Assembly (NCBI RefSeq): GCF_964355755.1
Contig: NC_092673.1
Coordinates: forward strand, 34,531,648-34,595,647
Origin: Antedon mediterranea
Taxonomy: Eukaryota > Animalia > Echinodermata
Length of the DNA: 64,000 nucleotides
Reading direction: 5' to 3'
Of this stretch, positions 26,744 through 38,800 are shown in pieces (the stretch's first letter is position 1; each line of letters starts with the position of its first letter). A program made the position numbers and the translations under genes. The notes under the pieces were generated by a model. It ran no database searches. It was not told the DNA's origin and saw only the letters and a program-made list of their open reading frames with translations.

Positions 26744-29700
26744 TTTTTATATCAAACCAACAGTGTAAAACACCAATAACAGGTTGAAAATAAAAGCTAA
26801 ACTATAAAATATGAGCCAATATAATATATACAAATGAAAAAGAAAATTTAAATAATTTCATTAATAATACATTTAAATTGAGAAAAATTACAGTTAAAAA
26901 TATCTAAAGAATATTAATCACGTGAGACTGCATTGTATTGATTTACATTTTTAAATGTTTTAATCACGTGAGACTGCATTGTATTGATTTACATATTTAA
27001 ATGTTTTAATCACGTGAGACTGCATTGTATTGATTTACATTTTTAAATGTTTTAATCACGTGAGACTGCATTGTATTGATTTACATATTTAAATGTTTTA
27101 ATCACGTGAGACTGCATTGTATTGATTTACATTTTTAAATGTTTTAATCACGTGAGACTGCATTGTATTGATTTACATTTTTAAATGTTTTAATCACGTG
27201 AGACTGCATTGTATTGATTTACATATTTAAATGTTTTAATCACGTGAGACTGCATTGTATTGATTTACATTTTTAAATGTTTTAATCACGTGAGACTGCA
27301 TTGTATTGATTTACATTTTTAAATGTTTTAATCACGTGAGACTGCATTGTATTGATTTACATTTTTAAATGTTTTAATCACGTGAGACTGCATTGTATTG
27401 ATTTACATTTTTAAATGTTTTAATCACGTGAGGCTGCATTGTATTGATTTACATATTTAAATGTTTTAATCACGTGAGACTGCATTGTATTGATTTACAT
27501 ATTTAAATGTTTTAATCACGTGAGACTGCATTGTATTGATTTACATTTTTAAATGTTTTAATCACGTGAGACTGCATTGTATTGATTTACATATTTAAAT
27601 GTTTTAATCACGTGAGACTGCATTGTATTGATTTACATTTTTAAATGTTTTAATCACGTGAGACTGCATTGTATTGATTTACATTTTTAAATGTTTTAAT
27701 CACGTGAGACTGCATTGTATTGATTTACATATTTAAATGTTTTAATCACGTGAGACTGCATTGTATTGATTTACATTTTTAAATGTTTTAATCACGTGAG
27801 ACTGCATTGTATTGATTTACATATTTAAATGTTTTAATCACGTGAGACTGCATTGTATTGATTTACATTTTTAAATGTTTTAATCACGTGAGACTGCATT
27901 GTATTGATTTACATTTTTAAATGTTTTAATCACGTGAGACTGCATTGTATTGATTTACATATTTAAATGTTTTAATCACGTGAGACTGCATTGTATTGAT
28001 TTACATTTTTAAATGTTTTAATCACGTGAGACTGCATTGTATTGATTTACATTTTTAAATGTTTTAATCACGTGAGACTGCATTGTATTGATTTACATTT
28101 TTAAATGTTTTAATCACGTGAGACTGCATTGTATTGATTTACATTTTTAAATGTTTTAATCACGTGAGACTGCATTGTATTGATTTACATTTTTAAATGT
28201 TTTAATCACGTGAGGCTGCATTGTATTGATTTACATATTTAAATGTTTTAATCACGTGAGACTGCATTGTATTGATTTACATATTTAAATGTTTTAATCA
28301 CGTGAGACTGCATTGTATTGATTTACATTTTTAAATGTTTTAATCACGTGAGACTGCATTGTATTGATTTACATATTTAAATGTTTTAATCACGTGAGAC
28401 TGCATTGTATTGATTTACATTTTTAAATGTTTTAATCACGTGAGACTGCATTGTATTGATTTACATATTTAAATGTTTTAATCACGTGAGACTGCATTGT
28501 ATTGATTTACATTTTTAAATGTTTTAATCACGTGAGACTGCATTGTATTGATTTACATTTTTAAATGTTTTAATCACGTGAGACTGCATTGTATTGATTT
28601 ACATTTTTAAATGTTTTAATCACGTGAGACTGCATTGTATTGATTTACATTTTTAAATGTTTTAATCACGTGAGACTGCATTGTATTGATTTACATTTTT
28701 AAATGTTTTAATCACGTGAGACTGCATTGTATTGATTTACATTTTTAAATGTTTTAATCACGTGAGGCTGCATTGCATTGATTTACATATTTAAATGTTT
28801 TAATCACGTGAGACTGCATTGTATTGATTTACATATTTAAATGTTTTAATCACGTGAGACTGCATTTTATTGATTTACATATTTAAATGTTTTAATCACG
28901 TGAGACTGCATTTTATTGATTTACATATTTAAATGTTTTAATCACGTGAGACTGCATTGTATTGATTTACATATTTAAATGTTTTAATCACGTGAGACTG
29001 CATTGTATTGATTTACATATTTAAATGTTTTAATCACGTGAGACTGCATTGCATTGATTTACATATTTATTTTAGTTTCTAATTTGAAGAATCTCTTAAA
29101 TCAAAGGTAAGAGGAGGAGATATATTAGGGAAAAAACAAATAAAAAGAAACAAAAACAGAAATTTCAGTTTTAGATACAATTTGTTATGAAATTTAATGA
29201 AATTAACATTAATTAAATAATATGATTAATATAACTGTAATCTTCATTAATATAGATTATGATGTAATTATAACGAAGATTATGATATATTGCAATAGAA
29301 GTAATATATGAGTAAATCTCACAAAAGACAAACCAACTTAATGTCAATACAGTAATACCTCAACAATCGCCAAATTGAAACGGAATTTATTTACAAAAAC
29401 AAACAATTTATTAAGCAGTAGATTAAAAACTCTAAAACAATATTTAATAAAATGTGGAAAATCATTTTGCATATAAAAAAATCGTTGATGGAAAAAAGGA
29501 AAGGCACTGCCCGGATTTGAACCGGGGATCTCCTGTTTACTAGACAGGCGCTTTAACCGCTAAGCCACAGCGCCACCTGATAAGACCACAAATTATATGC
29601 ATTGTAAACCGCTATACAACAGATATACAAAAGCTTAAATAAATCACTATTGTTAATTCAAGCGGAAAGGTAAAGTTTTGTAGCAAACATAAAAGTTTTG

Positions 29701-32700
29701 TAGTGATTCAAATACTTTATTGTTTAAATAATATTAGTCAAGAAACATGATATAATCATAGTAAAAAAGTGCTAAAACAATTTCAACATATTAATAGATA
29801 GTGGTGACGTAACAGGTGTTTTGTATTATCAATCGAAAGCCATATGTTTGGATATCGATCAGTTCCCGGTACACGTCAGCATTGATTGACGCGAATATGT
29901 ATACGTCATAATCTGTCAGCATAAGTAACAATGCTTTATTTATTTTCTAAAATGCTAGCAATAACAAATTAAGTACCTATTTAGGATGCACCAATGAGAT
30001 GAAACTAAGTCGAAATATATTTTCAACATTTATTTTATATCATGATTATGCAACTTATTAAAAAGTACTGTCATTGATTGTTTAAGTTTTATAACTTAAG
30101 AGATAAACACACTAAAATATGTTGACGAATAGTGTAACCAAGAAAAACAACATTCCAACACCAAAACCATGTGCGCGTATTACGTGACAAACAGGACGTA
30201 CCCGAGAATGTCAGTCATAAAAAAGTGACCCGCGTTTTACGCTTTGGCAATATTCATAATAAAAGTAAAGGTAAGGTCAAATCTTGTGCGCTGATATTTG
30301 TCAAAATTAAAGATTACGATTAGATATAACAGCGACTGTCGTACTTAAATCAACAAAAGCGAGAATTAAAAAGAAAGAAATGTTCCGGTCTGTTGGACAT
30401 TAGAACAATACTCAGTTCGCACTTTGGAAGAATGATCTTGTTTGTACATAAAATGTATGAAGATATAAAGATTGGCACTGTCATATTATAAAAATGGTTA
30501 GGCACTGACTGGATTTGAACCGGGGATCTCCTGTTTACTAGAGTACACTTACAGTAAAGCAATTAACAATTCTTTTAAAGTAATTATAATAAATAGCCAA
30601 AAAAAAAAGAAAAAAAAAGAGGCACTGCCCGGATTTGAACCGGGGATCTCCTGTTTACTAGACAGGCGCTTTAACCGCTAAGCCACAGCGCCAAGCTGTA
30701 TAATTAAGAAATTGGACTAATTCTAAAATAGAAAGAAAATGTTTAACTTATAATACAATCCTAAACAACAATTCCTTACTAAAATAAATATTTACTCGTG
30801 GGGTCCAAGCAACTCAGAAAGATAGCCACGAAAAAGCAAAGAAAAATCATAATTATTTAGTGAACATATTCATTTCAACGATTACAAATAATGCATATAA
30901 TAATGCCTGAAAATGAGTCCGGTTTTATTTAGATTTTACATGAAAATAAAATCAGGCGCTGAAGGTCAACTGTTTACCATCCAGCGACGATTAAAATGAA
31001 ATATTTCACGTAATAAATGTTCTTTACACGGTAAAGATGCAGTTTCATGAACAATGAAGAATGTTTTTAAAAAAGACTTTGAATAGGCCATTTCGCAGTT
31101 TTAATCAAGTTAATCAATTCCATAGAAAAAAAACTAAACTAACTATTAATGATTTCCAAATAAACGGTTCAATTCAACTAAAAACCCAGTCAATTTGATT
31201 TTTTTGCGTTAAATTACCGTTTTTCTGATAAAAGAACAAACATAATTTATATTTTCTATTCAATTTTTGGTCAAACTATTATGTAACATTAAAATGACAA
31301 ATTCAACAAACTGTTACAATTATTTCTAGGGAACAATATATATAGAATTCTACTGTATACTAACAGACAAACTTAAAAGTAGTAAAGATTATGCTTACCG
31401 TCGAGGAAGTTTTTTGTCAATTCAAACACAGTCTGACGATTTTCAAAACCTAACTCTTTAGTTGCCTAAAATAGAACAAACGAAATAATTAAAGAATGTT
31501 TTCTAATCATTATGACGACAATGATTATGATGCTCGCAATTACAGTTGTTTTGTGACGATAATAATGTTTACATTTTCGTAACAATAAATAAATTATATT
31601 TTATTTCACGTTTTAATTTTAAAGATTCTTCGTCAACCCATGACGAATTAAGTAACATGATTGGTAATGATTTAACGGTATGGTATAGACATAGGCCCAC
31701 TAATGACTCCATGCAATGAAAGAAACACACTATCGTAATACAAAAGAGATACAATTTGTGGTTACTTTTATTTTATGTCGTCATCATTATGATGTACTAA
31801 ATTTGATTACTCTTAAAGTGTTACAGGCCCTTATAAATAGTGTATTTAATTTCTGTATATATACAGTATTAATACAGTAGGCCAATTACCAATATTACAT
31901 ACGTCGCCTTACCAAAAATAAGTTGTCTGTAAATAGAGTGACATCATGATGTGTATTCTTCGCTGATTGGTCAATGTTGTCCCAACAAGCTCCTAAACGA
32001 TGGCTTGATATCACCATCATTAATGCCGATGCTCTATAATATTAACATAAGTGTCTCTTGTTAATTCAACCACTTAACCTATATAATCTGATAGGTTTGT
32101 TTAGAACAATTAAAATATGACCGCAGTATATGTCTTTTTTTTTTATCTCATACTCATCCAACAGCGAGTAACTCGCCAATTACAGGATGGATAAACTATT
32201 TAATAATTTATCGTGCTTATAAACTAAGTCTCATTTGAGGCTTAGGGAGTGGAGTTGAAAGAGTCATGAGTTACAACCCTGCACTAGGTCAGGATTGAAC
32301 CCGGGACCTTGGGATTGGAAGGCAAGCACGTTAACCACCAAGCTACAGCTCCACTTTTTGTTAACAAAAAAAAAAGTTTGTATAGATTTGTTCACAATAT
32401 TTATGAAATAGAATATATTATTGCCTGGTTGCAGTACACATTTTGCGTGAAAAAAGTAAAGAAAACATTTTATTTTCTGAGTATACCATATACAATGTCA
32501 GAAAATCCCCATCCCAGGGTTTTGGGGCAATTTTTTTTTGTACGTACGCGTCGTGATATTTTGCTCCCACACCCTTCCCATCTAGCATTGTGAAAACAAG
32601 CTATTTGCAATCAACCGAATTACGTTCGGGGTTTTTTCAAATCATTTTATTTTCTGTTATCTCGTTATCTAAATGTTTTGAAATGAAATTTAAAATAATA

Positions 32701-35700
32701 ATAGTTGAAATCACGACGCTTACAGTGTCATCAATGTGAAGATAAACAAACTGAGACCAATCATGACAGCATTCTTGTCGCTTAACGTCGCTACATGCTG
32801 CTCGCTTCGGCTTCCTCCACATTTCCCAAATAGACGACAGCAGCAGTAAATAAACGCTACTGTCGGGATGACAACAGCTAGTATGATACTAAAGCTGGAC
32901 AAGATTATTATGGGCTGCTCAAAAGCGACAACCTATAGAAGAAAAACATTAAAATAATTAATGAGTTTAAAATATGTTATTCATCTTTATGCAGGATTTA
33001 TCTATGATTAGAGGAAGTCACCATATTTCGTCTAGTCTGATTCTAGTAGCAGGCCTAGATTAGTTATAGTAGCCTAGTAGGCCTAAGCTATTAATAACTA
33101 AATGTTTTAGATTCATTCATTCATCTAGACAAAGATGACAATACATATGCATGTGAACTTAAAGGCAAATTGCCATCCCAACAATATCTCCTAAATTTAA
33201 TACAACAAACAATTGAATTTTCGTATGCATTTACATTTGTAACGAAAAAGTGAACACTTTACACAGTTTGTTTTGGACACTTACAGTTTAATGAACACTT
33301 GACCACCACGTTTTTGTGGTCAGTGAGCACCATTGGCCAAAGTGCTTTGTTAAAGGTCAAAGACAACAGATTTAGATGAAATTAAATGTTAGCATTACCT
33401 TCCTGAATATAGCAATTCAAAACAATAAGTAGGCTTATTGATAATAATAATTAGAATACCTACGATCAACACTTATTATTCTTTTATTTTTAACTTTATA
33501 TATTAATTTATTTTCTTTTAATTTTATATATTTGTTTATTTATCAATTTTCTTTTCTTTTATTATTTTATATTTGTTTATTTATCTATTTTCTTTTCTTT
33601 TATTATTATATATTTGTTTTTTTATTTATTTTCTTTCACTTATCTTTGTAAATGTAATGATCTCTTCAAAAAGAAATTAATACATAGGCCAGTATACTTA
33701 TTTAGTTATAAAAATTGGCTTGCTACTTTCTCACAAAAAAAAGTTCACCTTTATATCCATGAGTAATCCCCTAAAAGTAATAAATGTTATTTTAAAAGGA
33801 AACGATACAAACAATATTTGAAATCAATGCTTATTATATTAGTTCCTTATTTCTTTTCTTACAATGGTCTAACTTATGATCACGTCAACAACGTTTTATG
33901 ATCACGTCAACAACGTATTATGCCAATGGACCTTGCAATGACAATGTCAACACGAGGACAAGACCTTATACGCGTAGGCCGATTAAAACAATACACCATT
34001 CAATTAATATAGAGTACAAATTACTGTATAACTATTTATAATTTTTGCATATCATATTTGTTATCGTATGTTAAGTTAACGCACTTATTCATGAATACGT
34101 ATATTGTCACTGTTGGCATCTGAACATTTCAATATAAACCAACAAAGTTAAGATTAATTTTTAGAAATCATGGATTAACTAAAAGCTTCATATAAAGAGC
34201 GTATAACCGCTTTGAGAGTCGAGTACACATGAAAGCCAATATATGCGGATATGACTCCTTGAACTTTTTTTCATTTTCAAAATAAAAACTTATTTAGTTA
34301 ATTTGATTAATAAAGAAATCAAAATAAATACATACATTAAAGAGGCAGTTTATTTAAAAATTGTTCTAGATTTAGGATTAAAATTTATTTCTCAAATTAG
34401 ATGTAATAATTTGTATAAGTGGTTCTTTACGAATCTAACGAAATATGAAATGATTCTGCTTGCAAGTCATGATCCATAATTGTTATTAAGGTAACATTTT
34501 ATCCATAAAAACCACTGACATAGTTAACTTATAAAAAGCCAATCCTATATTAGTTCACCATCATTTTAAAAATGTTTGTATTTTAGTAAAAGATTACTTT
34601 CAATAAAAGTAGAAATCTTCACATTGATAGGTGTATTCAAACATTATACAATAACGACATATAACCTCAACTTAATAAATTATGCAAATTTGTTTATTTT
34701 TTTTGCTCTTTGCATAGAAAAGATATATAAGTATATAAGTTGTGGAACTGTTACCTTTTCAACAATTTTGTCTGATGACTCTCTCTGAAGTTCAAATGGT
34801 ATCAAATCTATCAAAATCAAAGAGAAATACTATTAAATAACAATGACAGAGATCTTAAATGGTTTAAATGTAATTTATTATAGTGTCGTTTTTACTACGG
34901 TTCAGTTCCATTTTTTTTCTCTCTTTCTGATTACTGTTTGTCTTGTTCCCTGCTTTCATTTTTATGAGAAAAATAATTTAAATAAAATGAAAAAAATGTT
35001 ATTAATCATTTAAATGAAAATCACAAGAAACTTTAAAACCATTTAAAAATTATAATTTTTCTAAATCTTTAACGAGGGAGTAAGAAGTATATCCAATTGT
35101 TCTTTTTTCTTCCTTTGAGCTAAAACGCACATGAAATAATTGTAGCGTGATTCCCGAGGGAATGATTGCATTAAGCGATTCGATTTTCCTGTCTAAGAAA
35201 CGGGAAGGAAAATCCAGTGGGCATACAGCAGTTGGGATGTACTACAATGCTGGCATTTATGCCATGAAAATAAGAACAGAAACTGTCCTTTCATACGGTT
35301 ATTAATTCATGTGGGAATTGTATCTAAATCCACGCAGTTCAACAGTAGTTATTCTGGTCTAATTCAGCGTTTGATATAATAAAAATATAATTATTGTTAT
35401 GATAATGTACAATACAAATTGATGAAAGGTTCGTGAGTTTTCCATGTAATGTCACTCTTCCATGGTACGATATACAAAATAAAGGGATGCAAAATGTATA
35501 AAATAGTGTTCAGACAACTTTATCTCGAGGTCGATATAACTATATCATATTGTATTTAATTGATTAATTATCTTAGGCATATTCATATCTATATATAATA
35601 TCTATTGTTGATAGATTTTTGTTACCAAAAAAAAAGCTCAACAACTTACCCAATGGGACGTTTTCGTCTTTCACAATAAGGCGGGAAAATATTGCGACGG

Positions 35701-35844
35701 CATCCGACAAAGGAGATGCATACCAGTTGTTGTCTGTCACATTTGACTCATAACTTCCACCATTTTCACTAAACATAAAGCTAATATTCCCATCGTTCAA
35801 TTGTAATTTTGACATCCTCGCGGTTTTAGATGGGCGCAAAACTG
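16147..35844 (-). CDS. Prominin-family pentaspan membrane glycoprotein (24 coding exons, ~903 aa visible; signal-peptide exon not located)
   Basis: Minus-strand exons 35844-35650, 34807-34755, 32932-32724, 32033-31913, 31465-31399, 26415-26338, 25534-25296, 24631-24545, 24409-24346, 24178-24102, 23888-23800, 23597-23445, 23148-23025, 21877-21783, 21654-21570, 21210-21067, 20751-20662, 20014-19931, 19436-19383, 19180-19100, 18960-18892, 18723-18634, 18201-18062, 16372-16147; all AG/GT, phases chain into one open frame. Prominin hallmarks: TM1[15 protein letters not shown]2, TM3[23 protein letters not shown]4-[22 protein letters not shown]...C...LNVF-TM5-LEKYLKR. AATAAA on minus strand at 16084-16089. 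Confidence 0.9.
16450..16780. repeat. Degenerate (GAT/AAT/GAC)n low-complexity tract
   Basis: Imperfect trinucleotide periodicity ATGATAATGATGATAACG... Confidence 0.7.
17013..17797. repeat. ~61-bp minisatellite with internal (CA)n, ~13 copies
   Basis: Unit ACTCCTCATAATGGACAGAAAGAGGGGGTGGGGCAGCGATACG(AC)nGTCAGC; lies in the last prominin intron. Confidence 0.95.
20386..20652 (+). mobile_element. 5'-truncated LINE 3' UTR fragment
   Basis: Hairpin GGGAGTACGGAACCTGAAC...GGTTCCTGCCTACTCCC, then AATAAA + (TAA)n; candidate TSD AATAC at 20381-20385 and 20653-20657. Confidence 0.6.
24908..25288 (+). mobile_element. 5'-truncated LINE (ORF2 C-terminus + 3' UTR)
   Basis: Encodes [36 protein letters not shown]...* (one slip in an AC run), resembling LINE ORF2 C-termini; AATAAA + (TAA)n tail; 7-bp TSD TACTTAC at 24901-24907 and 25289-25295. 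Confidence 0.8.
26513..29068. repeat. 46-bp satellite, ~51 copies, each with TCACGTGA
   Basis: Unit AATGTTTTAATCACGTGAGACTGCATTGTATTGATTTACAT(A/T)TTTA; highly homogeneous; interrupted at ~26710-26915. Confidence 0.95.
26710..26914 (-). mobile_element. ~205-bp poly(A)-tailed retro-insertion inside the 46-bp satellite
   Basis: Long T-run on + strand followed by unique AT-rich sequence; satellite resumes in register (AATGTT|TTAATCACG); stem-loop next to the tail; no clear TSD. Confidence 0.7.
29502..29574 (-). tRNA. tRNA-Thr(AGT)
   Basis: GGCGCTGTGGCTTAGCGGTTAAAGCGCCTGTCT-AGT-AAACAGGAGATCCCCGGTTCAAATCCGGGCAGTGCCT: full cloverleaf, A and B boxes, T-run terminator just downstream; unique flanks. 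Confidence 0.95.
30500..30542 (-). pseudogene. 3' half of tRNA-Thr(AGT)
   Basis: Only acceptor 3' strand, T arm and anticodon loop remain, with T-stem mismatches. Confidence 0.8.
30620..30692 (-). tRNA. tRNA-Thr(AGT)
   Basis: Identical 73-nt sequence to 29502-29574, followed by a long T-run terminator on the minus strand. Confidence 0.95.
32135..32352 (-). mobile_element. tRNA-derived SINE (~218 bp)
   Basis: Minus strand begins GGAGCTGTAGCTTGGTGGTTAACG (A box) ... GGTTCAATCC (B box), continues into a non-tRNA body, a 3' stem-loop and an A10 tail. Confidence 0.8.
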
Positions 35845-38800
35845 CTGAAAAAAAAATGAATATACCTATATTCTAATTCAATTACGAATAGGCAATGCAC
35901 TTTATATGCGTGTGAAAGTCAGATTCATGTTATTATACGAATTGCCGATATAGAGTTTGGCAAGTGGATCAGACCATCTACCATGTACAAAGGCTTGTTG
36001 TGTAAATTCGCACGTCTTTTCTGCCGATCTCGTAATTAGCAGTGTTTATAGGCCTACACCGTCGTTGGTAAAGCGTTAAATAACCATATTGCGCCTGTTC
36101 TGGAAGAAACTAACTACCAACTCTCAGTTTAGCTCACTTCCGACTCAAAAGACATATACGGCACTGAGTGGATTAATATTATTGGCGTAGTCTACAAGGT
36201 CAGTAAATGGCATAATCCATAGGATGGTACACGAGCTTTAATTGACTTATGTCTTAAGTGCACCCACGGCACTCACATTTTCCCCAAACTTCCGTTATCA
36301 CCGGAATTATTTGTAATTAACAAAATATACAATAATTTAACTACAAAGTAAACTATAAGTAACAAACAATGAGGAATTACTAACTAAAACATTTTGTATA
36401 TTAAAATAGTATACGATAAAAAAATAAGGTACTGCCCGGAATTGAACCGGGGATCAACTATTTAATAGACAGGCGCTTTAACTAGTAACCCACAGCGCCT
36501 TGCTGCAATGCTGAACTATAATAACTTAAAAACGTTTTTTTATATTAAAATGGTATACGATCCAAATTAAGGCACTGCCCGGATTTGAACCAGGGATCTC
36601 TTGTTTACTAGACAGGCGCTTTAACCGCTAAGCAACAGCGTCTTCCTGTATTGCTTAATTACGTTAAGAAAAATAGGAACTAAAAAACGTTTTGTATATT
36701 AAAATGGTATACGATGAATATTAAGGCACTGACTGGATTTGAACCGGAGATCTCCTGGCGCTTTAACCGCTAAACCACAGCGTCTTGCTGTAATTCTGAA
36801 TTACGTTTAAAAAAATAATAACCTAAAAAAGTTTTTGGTAAATTAAACTGGTATACGATCTAAATTAAGGCACTGCCCGGATTTGAACCAGGGATCTCTT
36901 GTTTACAAGACAGGCACTTTAAACGCTAAGCCACAGCGCCTTCATGTATTGCTTAATTACGTTAAATAAAATAATAAATTTAAAACGTTTTTGTATATTA
37001 AAATGGTGTACGATAAAAATTGATGCACTGCCCTGATTTGAACCAGGGATCTCCTGTTTACAAGACAGGCACTTTAACGGCTAAGCTACAGCGCCTTGCT
37101 GTAATTTTGAATTACGTTAAAAAAATAATAATTAAAAAACAGTTTGTATATTAAAATGGTATACGATAAAAATAAAGGCACTGCCCGGATTTGAACCGGG
37201 AATCTCCCGTTTACTAGACAGGCGCTTTAACCACTAAGCCACAGCACCTTGCTGTAGTTTTGAATTACGTTACCCAAATAATAATGAAAAAACATTTTGT
37301 ATATTAAAATGGTATACAATAAAAATAAAGGCACTGCCCGGAATTGAACCTGGGATCTCCTGTTTACAAGACAGGCGCTTTAACCGCCAAGCTTTGCTGT
37401 AATTTTGAATTACGTTAAAAAAATAATAATTAAAAAACATTTTGTATATTAAAATAATATACGATAAAAATAAAGGCACTGCCAGGATTTGAACCGGGGA
37501 CCTCCTGTTTACTAGACAGGCGCTTTAACCGCTAAGCCACAGCGCCTTACTGTAATGCTGAATAACGTTAAGAAAAATAATAACTTAAAAAGTTTTTATA
37601 TATTAAAATGGTATACGATAAAAATTAAGGCACTGGCTGGATTTGAACCAGGGATCTCTTGTTTACTAGACAGGCACTTTAACCGCTACGCCACAGCGCC
37701 TTGCTGTAATGCTGAATTACGTTTAAAAAAAAAATAACTTAAAAAAGTTTTGGTAAATTGAACTGGTATACGATCAAAATTAAGGCACTGCCCGGATTTG
37801 AACCAGGGATCTCCTGTTTACTAGACAGGCGCTGTAACCGCTAAGCCTCAGCACCTTGCTGTAATTTTGATTTACGTTAAAAAAAATAATAATAAAAAAA
37901 CATTTTGTATATTATAATGGTATACGATAAAAATGAAGGCACTTTCCAGATTTGAACCGGGGATCTCCTGTTTACAAGACAGGCACTTTAACCGCTAAGC
38001 CACAGCGCCTTGCTGTAATACTGACTACCTTAAAAAAAAAAATAACTGAAAAACGTTTTGTATATTAAAATGGTATACAATAAAAACCAAGGCACTGCCC
38101 GGATTTGAACCTGGGATCTCCTGTTTACAAGACAGGCGCTTTAACCGCTAAGCAACAGCGCCCTTCCTGTATTGCTTAATTACGTTAAAAAAAATAATAA
38201 TGAAAAAACATTTTGTATATTATAATGGTAGATGATAAAAATTAAGGCACCACCTGGATTTGAACTGGGGATCTCCTGTTTACTAGACAGGCACTTTAAC
38301 CGCTAAGCCACAGTGCCTTGCTACAACGCTGAACTACGTTAAAAAAATAATAACTAAAAAACGTTTTGTATATTCAAATGGTATACAATAAAAATTAAGG
38401 CACTGCCCGGATTTGAACCGGGGATCTCCTGTTTACAAGACAGGCGCTTTAACAGCTAAACCACAGCGCCTTCATGTATTGCTTAATTACGTTAAATAAA
38501 ATAATAAATTTAAAACGTTTTTGTACATTATAATGGTGTACGATAAAAATTGAGGCACTGCCCTGATTTGAACTAGGGATCTCCTGTTTACAAGACAGGC
38601 GCTTTAACCGCTAATCCACAGCGCCTTGCTGTAATTTTGAATTACGTTAAAAAAATAATAATTAAAAAACATTTTGTATATTAAAATGGTATACGATAAA
38701 AATGAAGGCAGCGCCCGGATTTGAACCGGGGATCTCTTGTTTACTAGACAGGCGCTTTAACCGCTAATCCACAGCGCCTTGCTGTAAGTTTGAATTACGT

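Noticed and set aside
32270-32352. Possible tRNA gene
   Set aside because: The acceptor stem does not close and the sequence continues into a body and A-tail, so it is a SINE head.
33470-33650. T-rich quasi-repeat
   Set aside because: Low-complexity intronic sequence with no further structure I can support.
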